Below, one piece after another: positions 19,025 through 27,646 of a stretch of DNA of 64,000 nucleotides. The notes under the pieces were generated by a model that was not told where the DNA came from, ran no database searches, and saw nothing but the letters and a program-made list of their open reading frames with translations. A program made the position numbers and the translations under genes. This DNA comes from Dehalococcoidia bacterium (GTDB lineage Bacteria > Chloroflexota > Dehalococcoidia > Plut-88900): contig CBDBLV010000004.1 in the NCBI GenBank assembly GCA_965207225.1, positions 256,001 through 320,000 on the forward strand. The letters are read 5' to 3'. The stretch's first letter is position 1. Every line of letters starts with the position of its first letter.

Positions 19025-20128
19025 TCAGCTTTTCCCCAGCCTTTCCCTTACCCAGTTGTCGAATGTGAGCACGTGGGGTTCCGCACGACCCAAGACTCCC
19101 TGCTTGTGGGCCCTGGACTTAATTCCCTGGTGTACACGTTCACACACATCGAAGTCTTGCTTGTTGAAAAGGTCCCAGAATTGCACCGTGTCGGTTGGAT
19201 CGAACTCCGGGCTGTCCACCACATCCGCATCGAAGAAGAACTCGTTGGTTATCCTCGTCCTGTTCGGGCCATCGGGCCATATAACCACGGTCACCACCGA
19301 CTCAGGCTGAAACAGCAGGAATGAGTTGGGGTAGACGGATACGGTCCTGAAACGTCCCATATCCTCTTCGGACAGGCCCTTTAGCATCGGCTGGTTCGTC
19401 CTCCCGGTGGCGGTCACAGTCTCGTACCGCAGAAGCGTCCCCTCCACCGAATCCCGACTGGTCAGACCCTTCTTGAAGGTAGGCACCACCTCGCAGAGCT
19501 CCGGGTGTACGCCAGGGCAGTGCCCGCACTCGCTGGCATTTTCGAAGACTTCTTTCCAGTTGGACTCCACCTCGTAATGAAACACGTGGCCCGACTTGAG
19601 GCTCGGAAGCCCGTATCGGGGCAGAATGGGATTCAGAACGCCAAAGTCTGCGACGAATGGTTCGGGGTCGGGATCCAGGTTGATGAAGATAAGGCCTTGC
19701 CAGGTCGCTACAGGTACCCTGTACAGGGGGTATCTCTCCTTTTCAAGGCCGTCCATGTGCATCTCTTTAGGGACGGCAACCAGGTCTCCACTCATGGAGT
19801 ATGTCCAGCCATGATATCCACACGCCAGGGCGCCCCCTTGCGCGTGGCCCTCGGGCTGGGTACACAGCCTCGACCCCCGGTGCCGGCAGACGTTGTAGAA
19901 GGCGTGTACCTGCATGTCCCTGTCCCGGGTTATGACGATGCTCTCATCGGCGATGGTTCGGACCACGTAGTCGCCGGGCTGGGGGAGGTTGCTGGTGTGG
20001 GCGACAAAGAGCCAGGACCTGTAGAAGATCCGCTCCTTCTCCAGCTCGTAGATTTCGGGGGCCCAATAGTAGTGGCTGGGAAGGGTAATGCCGATCTCGG
20101 CGGACTCTCTGACGATCTGGCCTACCAT
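19025..20128 (-). CDS. Rieske oxygenase alpha subunit, copy 3
   Basis: CRHRG...CGYHGW; ECGHCPGVH; QD. Confidence 0.92.
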   Translation of the reverse strand: MVGQIVRESAEIGITLPSHYYWAPEIYELEKERIFYRSWLFVAHTSNLPQPGDYVVRTIADESIVITRDRDMQVHAFYNVCRHRGSRLCTQPEGHAQGGALACGYHGWTYSMSGDLVAVPKEMHMDGLEKERYPLYRVPVATWQGLIFINLDPDPEPFVADFGVLNPILPRYGLPSLKSGHVFHYEVESNWKEVFENASECGHCPGVHPELCEVVPTFKKGLTSRDSVEGTLLRYETVTATGRTNQPMLKGLSEEDMGRFRTVSVYPNSFLLFQPESVVTVVIWPDGPNRTRITNEFFFDADVVDSPEFDPTDTVQFWDLFNKQDFDVCERVHQGIKSRAHKQGVLGRAEPHVLTFDNWVRERLGKS

Positions 20129-20152
20129 GACGCTCCCTCCTGTGATGAGAGG

Positions 20153-20992
20153 TTACAACAGGCTCCGCTCCAGGACTACCTCGCTCCCGACCCGGGCCCC
20201 GGTCCGTGCCGCCGCGCTTCCATCTCTCACCGCGACTTCCACGTATCCCGAGCTGCCGATCAACGCAAACAGATTATCTCCGTCGCCGTAGCTGCGCACA
20301 AGTCCCGAAAAGGAATGTCCTTCAATCGAGCCTTTCACAGGCTCACCTTCAAGCTGCCCCCCTCGAATGCTCGTTATCAGGTTGCCGAACCTGTCGACAT
20401 GGAGAACCTCTCCGGCCATCCTGCCTTGCCCATCGATCCGGGCCATAGGTCGAGGGTAGGCGAGTATCGAGTCAACCAGCTCACCCAGATCCATCAGCGC
20501 GGTCTCGGGGAGGCGGGCGGCGACGGGGGCAAAGATATCCCGGCCGTGGAAGGTGTTGCTGACCTCCCGGAGCCAGAATTGCTCGTTGGTCAGGCGCACG
20601 GCTTCAAAGTCTTGGGGAAGGACCCGAGGACTCGGACCCCAGCCGTTTTCGTCAGGCTGGACTCCCGACTCATCCGATGCATCAGCCAGTATGAAGCTGA
20701 AGACACCGTTGTCGGGGCCTACGAAGTATTGCCCCAGACCCTCCAGGCACAGGGCATTTCGTTCAGTCCCGACTCCGGGGTCCACGACCGCAACGTGCAC
20801 CGTGTCTTTCGGAAAGTACCTGTATGACGTGCCCAGCACAAACGCCGCCTGCCGCACGTTGCCCGGCTCTATAGCATGGGTTATGTCTACTATCTGGACT
20901 TGAGGGCTGACGGTTAGCAGCACACCCTTCATCACGCCGACGTAACCGTCGCTTAGCCCGAAATCCGTGGTCAGCGTTACTATCGAAGCCAC
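20153..20992 (-). CDS. SAM hydroxide adenosyltransferase (DUF62 family)
   Basis: LTTDFG, VVDPGVGTER, GPDNG, TFHGRDIF, DRFGN. Confidence 0.92.
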   Translation of the reverse strand: MASIVTLTTDFGLSDGYVGVMKGVLLTVSPQVQIVDITHAIEPGNVRQAAFVLGTSYRYFPKDTVHVAVVDPGVGTERNALCLEGLGQYFVGPDNGVFSFILADASDESGVQPDENGWGPSPRVLPQDFEAVRLTNEQFWLREVSNTFHGRDIFAPVAARLPETALMDLGELVDSILAYPRPMARIDGQGRMAGEVLHVDRFGNLITSIRGGQLEGEPVKGSIEGHSFSGLVRSYGDGDNLFALIGSSGYVEVAVRDGSAAARTGARVGSEVVLERSLL

Positions 20993-21043
20993 TTATCTAA
21001 CGCAGTTGCCAACCCAAGCCCGAACAGGGATGGGCAGGGACCC

Positions 21044-21259
21044 TTAGGAAAAGCGCACGCTGAGGAAAGAGACCAGGATAAATACCACTATCAGGAGAAT
21101 TGTTAGCTGAAATAGGGTCTTTTCCAAGCCTCGTCGGGTGCGAAAGCCCGTGCTGGCGCCCCCGAACACCCCGCCCATCCCCTGCCCCTTGACCTGGAGC
21201 AGTATCACGGCTACCAGCGCCACTGAAATGAGTATCTGGACTACGTTCAGCAATGACAT
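21044..21259 (-). CDS. secG: Preprotein translocase subunit SecG
   Basis: Two TM helices, LLQ..G.G.GGVFGG, TRRGLEK. Confidence 0.93.
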   Translation of the reverse strand: MSLLNVVQILISVALVAVILLQVKGQGMGGVFGGASTGFRTRRGLEKTLFQLTILLIVVFILVSFLSVRFS

Positions 21260-21293
21260 GTCGACTAAGCCTAACTCAATTGCCTCTTGGAGG

Positions 21294-22796
21294 CTAGGTC
21301 ATGCGCTCCTTCAGTAGCTGGTTCACCTTGGCCGGGTTGGCCTTGCCCCGCGTCGCCTTCATTACCTGCCCTACCAGGAAGCCCAGAGCCTGCGCCTTCC
21401 CCGACGCGAAGTCTTCCACCGCCTGCGGGTTCTGACTCACGACTTCGTCCACGACTGTGGAAATCTCATCGGTGTCCGTGATCTGGCTTAACCCCTTCTC
21501 TTTTACGATTGCCGCGGGATCCTTGCCCGTATCGTACATTTCCTGGAAGACTTCCTTGGCCATCTTGCCGGAGAGCGTGTTGTCATCAACCAGGTCGATT
21601 AGCTGGGACAGCGCCTTGGGAGTGACCCTGGCCTGTCCAATCTCCTCCCCTGACGCGTTTAGCATCCCCAGGAAGTCGCCGAGAAGCCACGATCCGACCG
21701 CCTTCGCCCTCTTCTCCGGATTCCCGTTCTCGTTGAAGGAAAGCGACTCCTCAAAGAAGTCAGCCAGGGCCTTGCTGTTAACCAGGGTGTCAGCATCCTT
21801 GGGCTGGACCCCAAGCTCTGAGGTAAACCGTCCAATTCGGGCCTCGGGGAGCTCGGGTAGACGGGACTTTATCTCGTTGACCCATGCCGGGTCGATTTTC
21901 ATGGCGGGGAGGTCGGGCTCAGGGAAGTATCTGTAGTCGTGGGCGTATTCCTTACTTCGCTGCGATACTGTCACGCCCCTGTCTTCCACCCAACCTCGGG
22001 TCTCCTGGTGCACCGGCAGCCCCTCCGAAACGGCCCGCACCTGCCGTTCGAACTCGTAGCCCAAGGCCCGGTACACGGAGCGAAAGCTGTTCATGTTCTT
22101 GACTTCGACCTTCGCGTTGAGCTCGGTCGAGCCCCGGGGCCTGACACTGATGTTAGCGTCGCACCGAAAGCTGCCTTCCTCCATGTTGCCCGTAGACACA
22201 TCGAGGTATTGCAAAATCGTGCGCAGCTTTATCAGATATTGTCGGGCCTCTTCTGCTGACCGTAGGTCGGGCTCCCCAACTATCTCCATCAAGGGCGTCC
22301 CCGCCCGGTTGACGTCCACCCGAGACCACCTGTCCCCACCTTCCCCGTCTACGTGCGCCAGCTTGGCCGTGTCCTCTTCCAGGTGGACACGGTTCAGCCT
22401 TGCCTTCCTTACTCCGTCTTCAGTCTCGACCGTCAGCCATCCTGCGCTGCACAAGGGCATGTCATATTGGGATATTTGATAGCCCTTCATCAGGTCGGGG
22501 TAGGGGTAGTTCTTGCGGTCGAACTTGGTATGTTCAGAGATAGTGCAATTCAGGGCAAGGCCCGTCATGATGGTGAATTCCACGGCCTTCCGGTTGATCA
22601 CCGGCAGGACTCCCGGCATCCCGAGACACACTGGGCAGACCCGGGAGTTGGGTTCGGCGTCCGTGTAGCCGGCCGCGCAGCCGCAGAACATCTTGCTCCG
22701 GGTCTTCAGCTGCGAATGCACCTCCAGGCCAATTACGGCCTCGAAGTCATCCAGGGGTAGTTTTTCTGTGGCGACTGCTGCGGTCTTGGTAGTCAT
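21294..22796 (-). CDS. gatB: Asp/Glu-tRNA amidotransferase subunit B
   Basis: [41 protein letters not shown]. Confidence 0.98.
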   Translation of the reverse strand: MTTKTAAVATEKLPLDDFEAVIGLEVHSQLKTRSKMFCGCAAGYTDAEPNSRVCPVCLGMPGVLPVINRKAVEFTIMTGLALNCTISEHTKFDRKNYPYPDLMKGYQISQYDMPLCSAGWLTVETEDGVRKARLNRVHLEEDTAKLAHVDGEGGDRWSRVDVNRAGTPLMEIVGEPDLRSAEEARQYLIKLRTILQYLDVSTGNMEEGSFRCDANISVRPRGSTELNAKVEVKNMNSFRSVYRALGYEFERQVRAVSEGLPVHQETRGWVEDRGVTVSQRSKEYAHDYRYFPEPDLPAMKIDPAWVNEIKSRLPELPEARIGRFTSELGVQPKDADTLVNSKALADFFEESLSFNENGNPEKRAKAVGSWLLGDFLGMLNASGEEIGQARVTPKALSQLIDLVDDNTLSGKMAKEVFQEMYDTGKDPAAIVKEKGLSQITDTDEISTVVDEVVSQNPQAVEDFASGKAQALGFLVGQVMKATRGKANPAKVNQLLKERMT

Positions 22797-22884
22797 CTGT
22801 GTCTAATGGCGCTCACAGTCAAGTTGAATGAGTATAGCATCGCGCCCCGAGCCTAACAAAGCGAAGAAACCTGCAACTGCAGCC

Positions 22885-23541
22885 CTAGCTCGGCCAGGCC
22901 CCGGCTCCAATCAACGGTACGAACCGGCAAAGGGCCAGAGTCTTGATCTTCGGCTTGCGTTTCCGCCTCTCCACCAGCTTGAGCTCCTGCTCCTCCCTCC
23001 CCCCGACCGGAAGCACCATCTTCCCGCCAACGGTGAGTTGACCGACAAGAGCATCGGGGACCCAGGGCGCGGCCGCCGAGACTACGATGGCGTCATAGGG
23101 CGCTAGGTCGGGATATCCCAACACGTCCCTAACGGTTTCGACGCGGATGTTTTTGAAATGGAGAATTTTCAGTCGTTTTCGGGCGTCTCTGGCGAGGTCG
23201 GGTACCCGCTCCACGGTTACAACCCTGGCCGCCAGCTGCGCCAGCAATGCCGCCTGGTACCCGCTCCCCGTGCCCACTTCCAGCACAGTCTCGTAGCCTT
23301 TCAGCGACAAGGCCTCGAGCATCAGGGCCACGATGTAGGGCTGGGATACGGTCTGGCTGAAACCTATCGGCAGTGGGTGGTCTCCGTACACCATCTCCCG
23401 GGGCGCGAGCGGCACAAACAATTCCCGAGGCGTCCGGGCAAAGGCATCCAGGACCCGACGGTCCTTGATCCTGGACGCGAGCTCCGACATCATCCTCCGA
23501 TGTGCCGTCTCCAAAGCGCCTTCTTGCCCATCCCCAGCCAC
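22885..23541 (-). CDS. pcm: Protein-L-isoaspartate O-methyltransferase
   Basis: QTVSQPY, LEVGTGSGYQAA, APYDAI, RFVPL. Confidence 0.94.
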   Translation of the reverse strand: MAGDGQEGALETAHRRMMSELASRIKDRRVLDAFARTPRELFVPLAPREMVYGDHPLPIGFSQTVSQPYIVALMLEALSLKGYETVLEVGTGSGYQAALLAQLAARVVTVERVPDLARDARKRLKILHFKNIRVETVRDVLGYPDLAPYDAIVVSAAAPWVPDALVGQLTVGGKMVLPVGGREEQELKLVERRKRKPKIKTLALCRFVPLIGAGAWPS

Positions 23542-23610
23542 GATCTCCAGTCCTTCCTTCAGTGTCAGCTCATGTCAGAGTGTAACAACCCGAGGCCCTC
23601 CACGCACCGG

Positions 23611-23619
23611 TGATATAAT
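23611..23619 (+). promoter_or_regulatory. Extended -10 promoter of larB
   Basis: TGaTATAAT about 20 nt upstream of SD AGGAG. Confidence 0.6.
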
Positions 23620-23650
23620 CTCCCGACCCTTCCTCAGCAGGAGCGCAGAC

Positions 23651-24403
23651 ATCGAGCCGGAGAAGATAAGGGCCATCCTGGAGCAGGTCAAAAGCGGCGC
23701 CCTGAGCGTCGACCAGGCCTACGACGGCCTACGTCTGCTTCCCTACCAGGACCTCGGTTTCGCCAAGATCGACCACCACCGCGCCCTCCGGAAGGGCGTC
23801 CCTGAAGTGGTCTTTGGCGAGGGCAAGAGCATTGAGCAGATCACTTCCATTGCCAAAGAGCTAGCGGACCGGGCTGGCCGGTTCATGGTCACAAGGGTCG
23901 GCCCCGAGGCCTTCAAATCCGTCTCCGTTCACATCCCCGACGCCAATTACAACGAATCCGCAAGAATAATCTGGCTGGACCGCCGGGAAGGTCTCGTTCT
24001 AAAGCAGGGCGTTGCTATCCTGGCCGCAGGCACCGCAGACCTCCCCGTCGCCGAAGAAGCCGCTGTCACCTGCCGGATAATGGGCCACGACCCCCTGACC
24101 CTCTACGATGTGGGCGTTGCCGGAATCCACCGGCTGCTCGACCAGGTGGAGACCTTGCAAAAGGCCCGAGTCATCGTGGCCGTTGCGGGTATGGAGGGTG
24201 CTCTTCCCAGCGTGGTCGGGGGCCTGGTGCAGGCCCCGGTCATCGCCGTCCCGACCAGCGTGGGCTACGGCGTCGGCATAGACGGCCTGGGCGCCATTAT
24301 GACGATGCTCAACAGCTGCTCCCAGGGCATAGCCGTGGTGAACATCGACAACGGCTTCGGGGCCGGGTACCTGGCGGCCATCATCAACCAGACCCGAGAC
24401 TAA
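23651..24403 (+). CDS. larB: Nickel-pincer cofactor biosynthesis protein LarB (PurE-like); probable ATC start
   Basis: FAKIDHHR, GVPEVVFGEGK, AGTADLPVAEEA, DVGVAGIHRL, AGMEGALPSV, NIDNGFGA. Confidence 0.92.
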   Translation: MEPEKIRAILEQVKSGALSVDQAYDGLRLLPYQDLGFAKIDHHRALRKGVPEVVFGEGKSIEQITSIAKELADRAGRFMVTRVGPEAFKSVSVHIPDANYNESARIIWLDRREGLVLKQGVAILAAGTADLPVAEEAAVTCRIMGHDPLTLYDVGVAGIHRLLDQVETLQKARVIVAVAGMEGALPSVVGGLVQAPVIAVPTSVGYGVGIDGLGAIMTMLNSCSQGIAVVNIDNGFGAGYLAAIINQTRD

Positions 24404-24445
24404 CCCAAGGCAACTCGGCCGGTCGATCCAGGGACAGGGTCGGGC

Positions 24446-24673
24446 TTAGCCGACTTTCCGTACCTCCAGCACCTCGCCCGGGGCAAGGGCCACGCGGCGT
24501 ACATTTACGCCGAACTTGAGGAGCCAGTACCAAAGGGTGCCCTTGTTGACTTCCATGTCCTCCGCCATCGCAGGCAGGCCCATGCGGTTGTACATTTCCG
24601 GCAGCAGTTCCTCCAGCGGCCGGTTGTAGCGCTCCTCGACGCGTCGCATCAATTTGCTCTTTCTAATAGCCAA
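24446..24673 (-). CDS. Small basic hypothetical protein, HTH-like
   Basis: Strong SD GGGAGGT before TTG; own promoter TTGACC-N17-TAGAGT; AMAEDMEVNKGTLWYWL resembles a helix-turn-helix. Confidence 0.7.
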   Translation of the reverse strand: MAIRKSKLMRRVEERYNRPLEELLPEMYNRMGLPAMAEDMEVNKGTLWYWLLKFGVNVRRVALAPGEVLEVRKVG

Positions 24674-24845
24674 AATAACCTCCCACCTCCTGAGGTTAGC
24701 CTCACTCTAGCACCACTTTAGAACCCGGTCAAGATTTACTCACAATTGGTCTAGACGAAATACAGTACAGGGAATAGACGCATTCAAAACCGGGCACAAG
24801 GGCTGCGGAATAATCTTGTTCGCCGGCGGCTAAGCGTGGCACAAT

Positions 24846-25397
24846 ATGCCCCGACCCGTCCGTCAGACATTCTCAGGACTCCCCCGACAAGTGACTGCCA
24901 GGCAAACCCCCAACCCCATCCAGGCCACCCGACAGAATCATGCCCTGGAGCACGCCACAATCGCCATTTTGCTCCAACGCAGCAACATTCACACCAGGAT
25001 CGCCGGCAGGGCGTCCCCAGGCGGATTCCACGTCTACGGCAACATCCCCACCCCCCTCGTAGAAGAAGCGGCCCACGAGGCCCTCCGCAGGCTAAAGAAC
25101 GGGGAACGGGACCTGGCTCTGTCGCCCTTCTGCGGCACCAACATAGCCGTCGCGGGAATACTGGCCGGCCTGGCATCTATCCTGGTCATGGGTTCCGGCA
25201 ATAGATTCCTCAACCTGCCCAGGGTGGTCCTTGCTGCCATCATAGCGGTTCTGGCCGCCCAGCCTATAGGCAAGATTGTCCAGAGACGCCTGACGACCTA
25301 TGCCGACCTGGGTGAAATGGTGATAACCGGGGTCACCAGATCAACTGTCGGCCCCTGGCCCTCCCACAGGATCGACACCGCTTTTGGGTTAGAATAG
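24846..25397 (+). CDS. Conserved hypothetical membrane protein (DUF6391-like)
   Basis: RQNHALEHATI, EALRRLKNGE..LA, CGTN motifs, two C-terminal TM helices. Confidence 0.7.
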   Translation: MPRPVRQTFSGLPRQVTARQTPNPIQATRQNHALEHATIAILLQRSNIHTRIAGRASPGGFHVYGNIPTPLVEEAAHEALRRLKNGERDLALSPFCGTNIAVAGILAGLASILVMGSGNRFLNLPRVVLAAIIAVLAAQPIGKIVQRRLTTYADLGEMVITGVTRSTVGPWPSHRIDTAFGLE

Positions 25398-25441
25398 GTG
25401 AGCCCCCGACCGGAAGAGCGTCCGGCCTCGGGGCCCGAGAC

Positions 25442-25517
25442 GTCCCTGTAGCTCAGTGGATAGAGCGACTGCCTTCTAAGCAGTGGGTCGTGGGTTCGAA
25501 TCCCTCCAGGGACGCCA
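25442..25517 (+). tRNA. tRNA-Arg (anticodon TCT), CCA encoded
   Basis: gtccctg/cagggac acceptor stem, agctcagtggatagagc D arm, actgc-cttctaa-gcagt anticodon arm, ggttcgaatcc T arm. Confidence 0.97.
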
Positions 25518-25583
25518 TTCACACTTCGATACCGGCTGTCCACAAGGTAAAAGAGTCCCGAGCCACACACCAAGGAGGTCCCA

Positions 25584-25907
25584 ATGATCTACGAACTGAG
25601 AACTTACTACGCAGCCCCGGGCAAGATGGACGCCCTGAACAAGAGGTTCCGGGACCACACCTGCGACATCTTCGAAAGGCACGGGATGACCGTCGTCGGG
25701 TTCTGGACTCCCGAGGGCAAGGATCAGGAGGTCCTGGTATACATGCTCGGGTTTGAAGGCGCCGACCACATGAAGAAATGCTGGGAGTCCTTCGGCGCGG
25801 ACGATGAATGGAAAAAGGTGCGGGCCGACAGTGAGGTAGATGGAGAGCTGGTGTCCAGCCTGGAAAGCTCTGTCCTCATCCCCACAGACTACTCCGCCAT
25901 CAAGTAG
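25584..25907 (+). CDS. NIPSNAP family protein
   Basis: MIYELRTY..PGK, F..HG...VG.W, L.PTDYS. Confidence 0.9.
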   Translation: MIYELRTYYAAPGKMDALNKRFRDHTCDIFERHGMTVVGFWTPEGKDQEVLVYMLGFEGADHMKKCWESFGADDEWKKVRADSEVDGELVSSLESSVLIPTDYSAIK

Positions 25908-25937
25908 ACTATCGCACCCACAACTTCGAGGTAAAGC

Positions 25938-25973
25938 AGAGAGGGGAGCGGCCAGGCCGCTCCCCTCTCTTTT
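25938..25973 (+). terminator. Rho-independent terminator between convergent genes
   Basis: agagaggggagcggcc/ggccgctcccctctct followed by ttt. Confidence 0.8.
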
Positions 25974-26020
25974 GTCTCGTCAGGCGTGACGCCTTCCGAG
26001 TCTACTCTGTCTTTCTTATC

Positions 26021-27373
26021 CTACTGGGTCACGTCCGCGAGGAACGCTTCCATCCTCTCGGCTAGGGCATCGAGGTTGGTACCCAGCCATACCTCGTCGA
26101 CCACAACGGCCTTTTCAAGGGCCGAGGGGGAGGTCGGGAGGTTGTCGATGAGGGTCTGGGATACGCCCTCGAGGTCGGTGTTGACCAGCGGGAGGGCCTG
26201 GAAGTTCAGCGGGCCGTAGGTGATCCATTTGATCATCTCTACGTTGATGTGCGGCTCAGCAGTCCAGGAGATGAACAGCTCGGCAAGCTCCTTGTTGGGG
26301 GAGCCCTTCGGGATGTAGAACACGTCGGTCTGGTTCAGGTGTCCACACTCGAAGCAGTAGTGGATGTTGTCTCCACCCTCTTCGATCTGAACGTTCCAGA
26401 TTCGACCGTTCCACGCCGTGCACATGTCCGCTTCATCGTTGAGCAGGGCTGCCGGGCAGTCCGTGCCCGCCGTCCACCAGAACTGGATGTGGGGCTTGAT
26501 CAGCTCCAACTGTTCGAAGGACTGGTCGACCTGCTCTTCAGTAAGGCTTGCAATGGCGTTCCGACCTTCACTGGTCTCCAGGATCTCAGGCGTGCGGTTG
26601 AAGTGGGCGAAGAAGATATTCTCGTTCACCCTGCGACCCATCCACCTGGTTCCCGGGAATGCCTCGGTGTCCCAGAATGCTGTCCAGTCTTCAGGCTTAT
26701 TGCCGCCCCAGAGCTCGTCGACCTTGTTCTTCTGGTAGGCGAGACCCGTGGACCAGAGCACTCCGCCGCCACCACTCCAGGGAGTGATCGCCACTTCGGG
26801 GAAGAAGGGGAGGTAGCGGTTGTGGATGCCGGGGGTCAGTTCTTCGAGGTCACCCGTCGGGCCGAGCTGATAGACGGCCCTGGTGCCGGAGTCGACCACG
26901 TCCCAGGTCACGTTCCCGGTCTCGACCATGGAACGGATCTTGGCGTACTCAACGGGGCTGTCTTCGACCAGCTGGATGCCGAACCTCTCCTGGAAGGGGA
27001 GGAAGTAGGCATTCCTCTGGGCTGCCTGGTAGGCACCGCCCCAGGAAACTACGTTCAGGCTGGAACCTCTGTAGTTCTCGAGCGCCGCTTCGATTTCCTC
27101 GAAGGTGGCAGGGTTGTCAGCCGTCCACTCGTCTATCGGGCGGGGACCCGCGGGCTCGGGCTCCGCAGTAGCCTCGACGACCTGGCCGGGCACTGCCGTT
27201 GCAGTCGGCTCGGGCATTGCCGTGGGCTCCATCGCGGGCTCTTCGGGCTCGGGTGTTGCAGTGGCGGCTTCGCCGCAAGCTGCTACCACGAGCATGAGCG
27301 CCAGGACCAGCCCCAGCGCGCCCAAGACGGCCCGTCGCCGGCTCATCTTGATTCTTTTCTTTCCAATTTGCAT
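26021..27373 (-). CDS. PotD/PotF-like extracellular solute-binding lipoprotein
   Basis: SRRR + lipobox VAAC, Pro/Thr/Glu linker, SWGGAYQ, VTWDVVD, AWNGR. Confidence 0.88.
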   Translation of the reverse strand: MQIGKKRIKMSRRRAVLGALGLVLALMLVVAACGEAATATPEPEEPAMEPTAMPEPTATAVPGQVVEATAEPEPAGPRPIDEWTADNPATFEEIEAALENYRGSSLNVVSWGGAYQAAQRNAYFLPFQERFGIQLVEDSPVEYAKIRSMVETGNVTWDVVDSGTRAVYQLGPTGDLEELTPGIHNRYLPFFPEVAITPWSGGGGVLWSTGLAYQKNKVDELWGGNKPEDWTAFWDTEAFPGTRWMGRRVNENIFFAHFNRTPEILETSEGRNAIASLTEEQVDQSFEQLELIKPHIQFWWTAGTDCPAALLNDEADMCTAWNGRIWNVQIEEGGDNIHYCFECGHLNQTDVFYIPKGSPNKELAELFISWTAEPHINVEMIKWITYGPLNFQALPLVNTDLEGVSQTLIDNLPTSPSALEKAVVVDEVWLGTNLDALAERMEAFLADVTQ

Positions 27374-27569
27374 AAGCTCTCCTATCTAAAGTCCTTACGA
27401 GTCTCGAACCCAAAGAAGCGTTCGTCCTCGTCTGCCGGAGGAACGTTTGTTACATAGGCGTTCTCCTCAAGGGTTGGTGTGTTTGTCCTCTTGCTCTGAA
27501 AATACTGCGTATTATAGCTTTCTGTCCTGGCAAAATGTGTCGGTCTGCCTGCCGTGCTTAACGGACGGG

Positions 27570-27597
27570 GGCGGAGGAGGCATGTGCCTCTTCCGCC
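27570..27597 (-). terminator. Hairpin between the two SBP genes
   Basis: ggcggaggaggca-tg-tgcctcttccgcc. Confidence 0.5.
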
Positions 27598-27646
27598 GCA
27601 TTCCGATTTCTTGTATCTAGTGTCCTTCTCCGGCCCGAGGGGTCGA

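Noticed and set aside
20153-20992. Fluorinase/chlorinase
   Set aside because: Retains DPGVG..R and TFHGRD, the Asp-Arg-His set of SAM hydroxide adenosyltransferases, not the halogenase pattern.
25442-26020. Genomic island integrated at tRNA-Arg
   Set aside because: No integrase, no duplicated tRNA 3' end noticed, no compositional shift.
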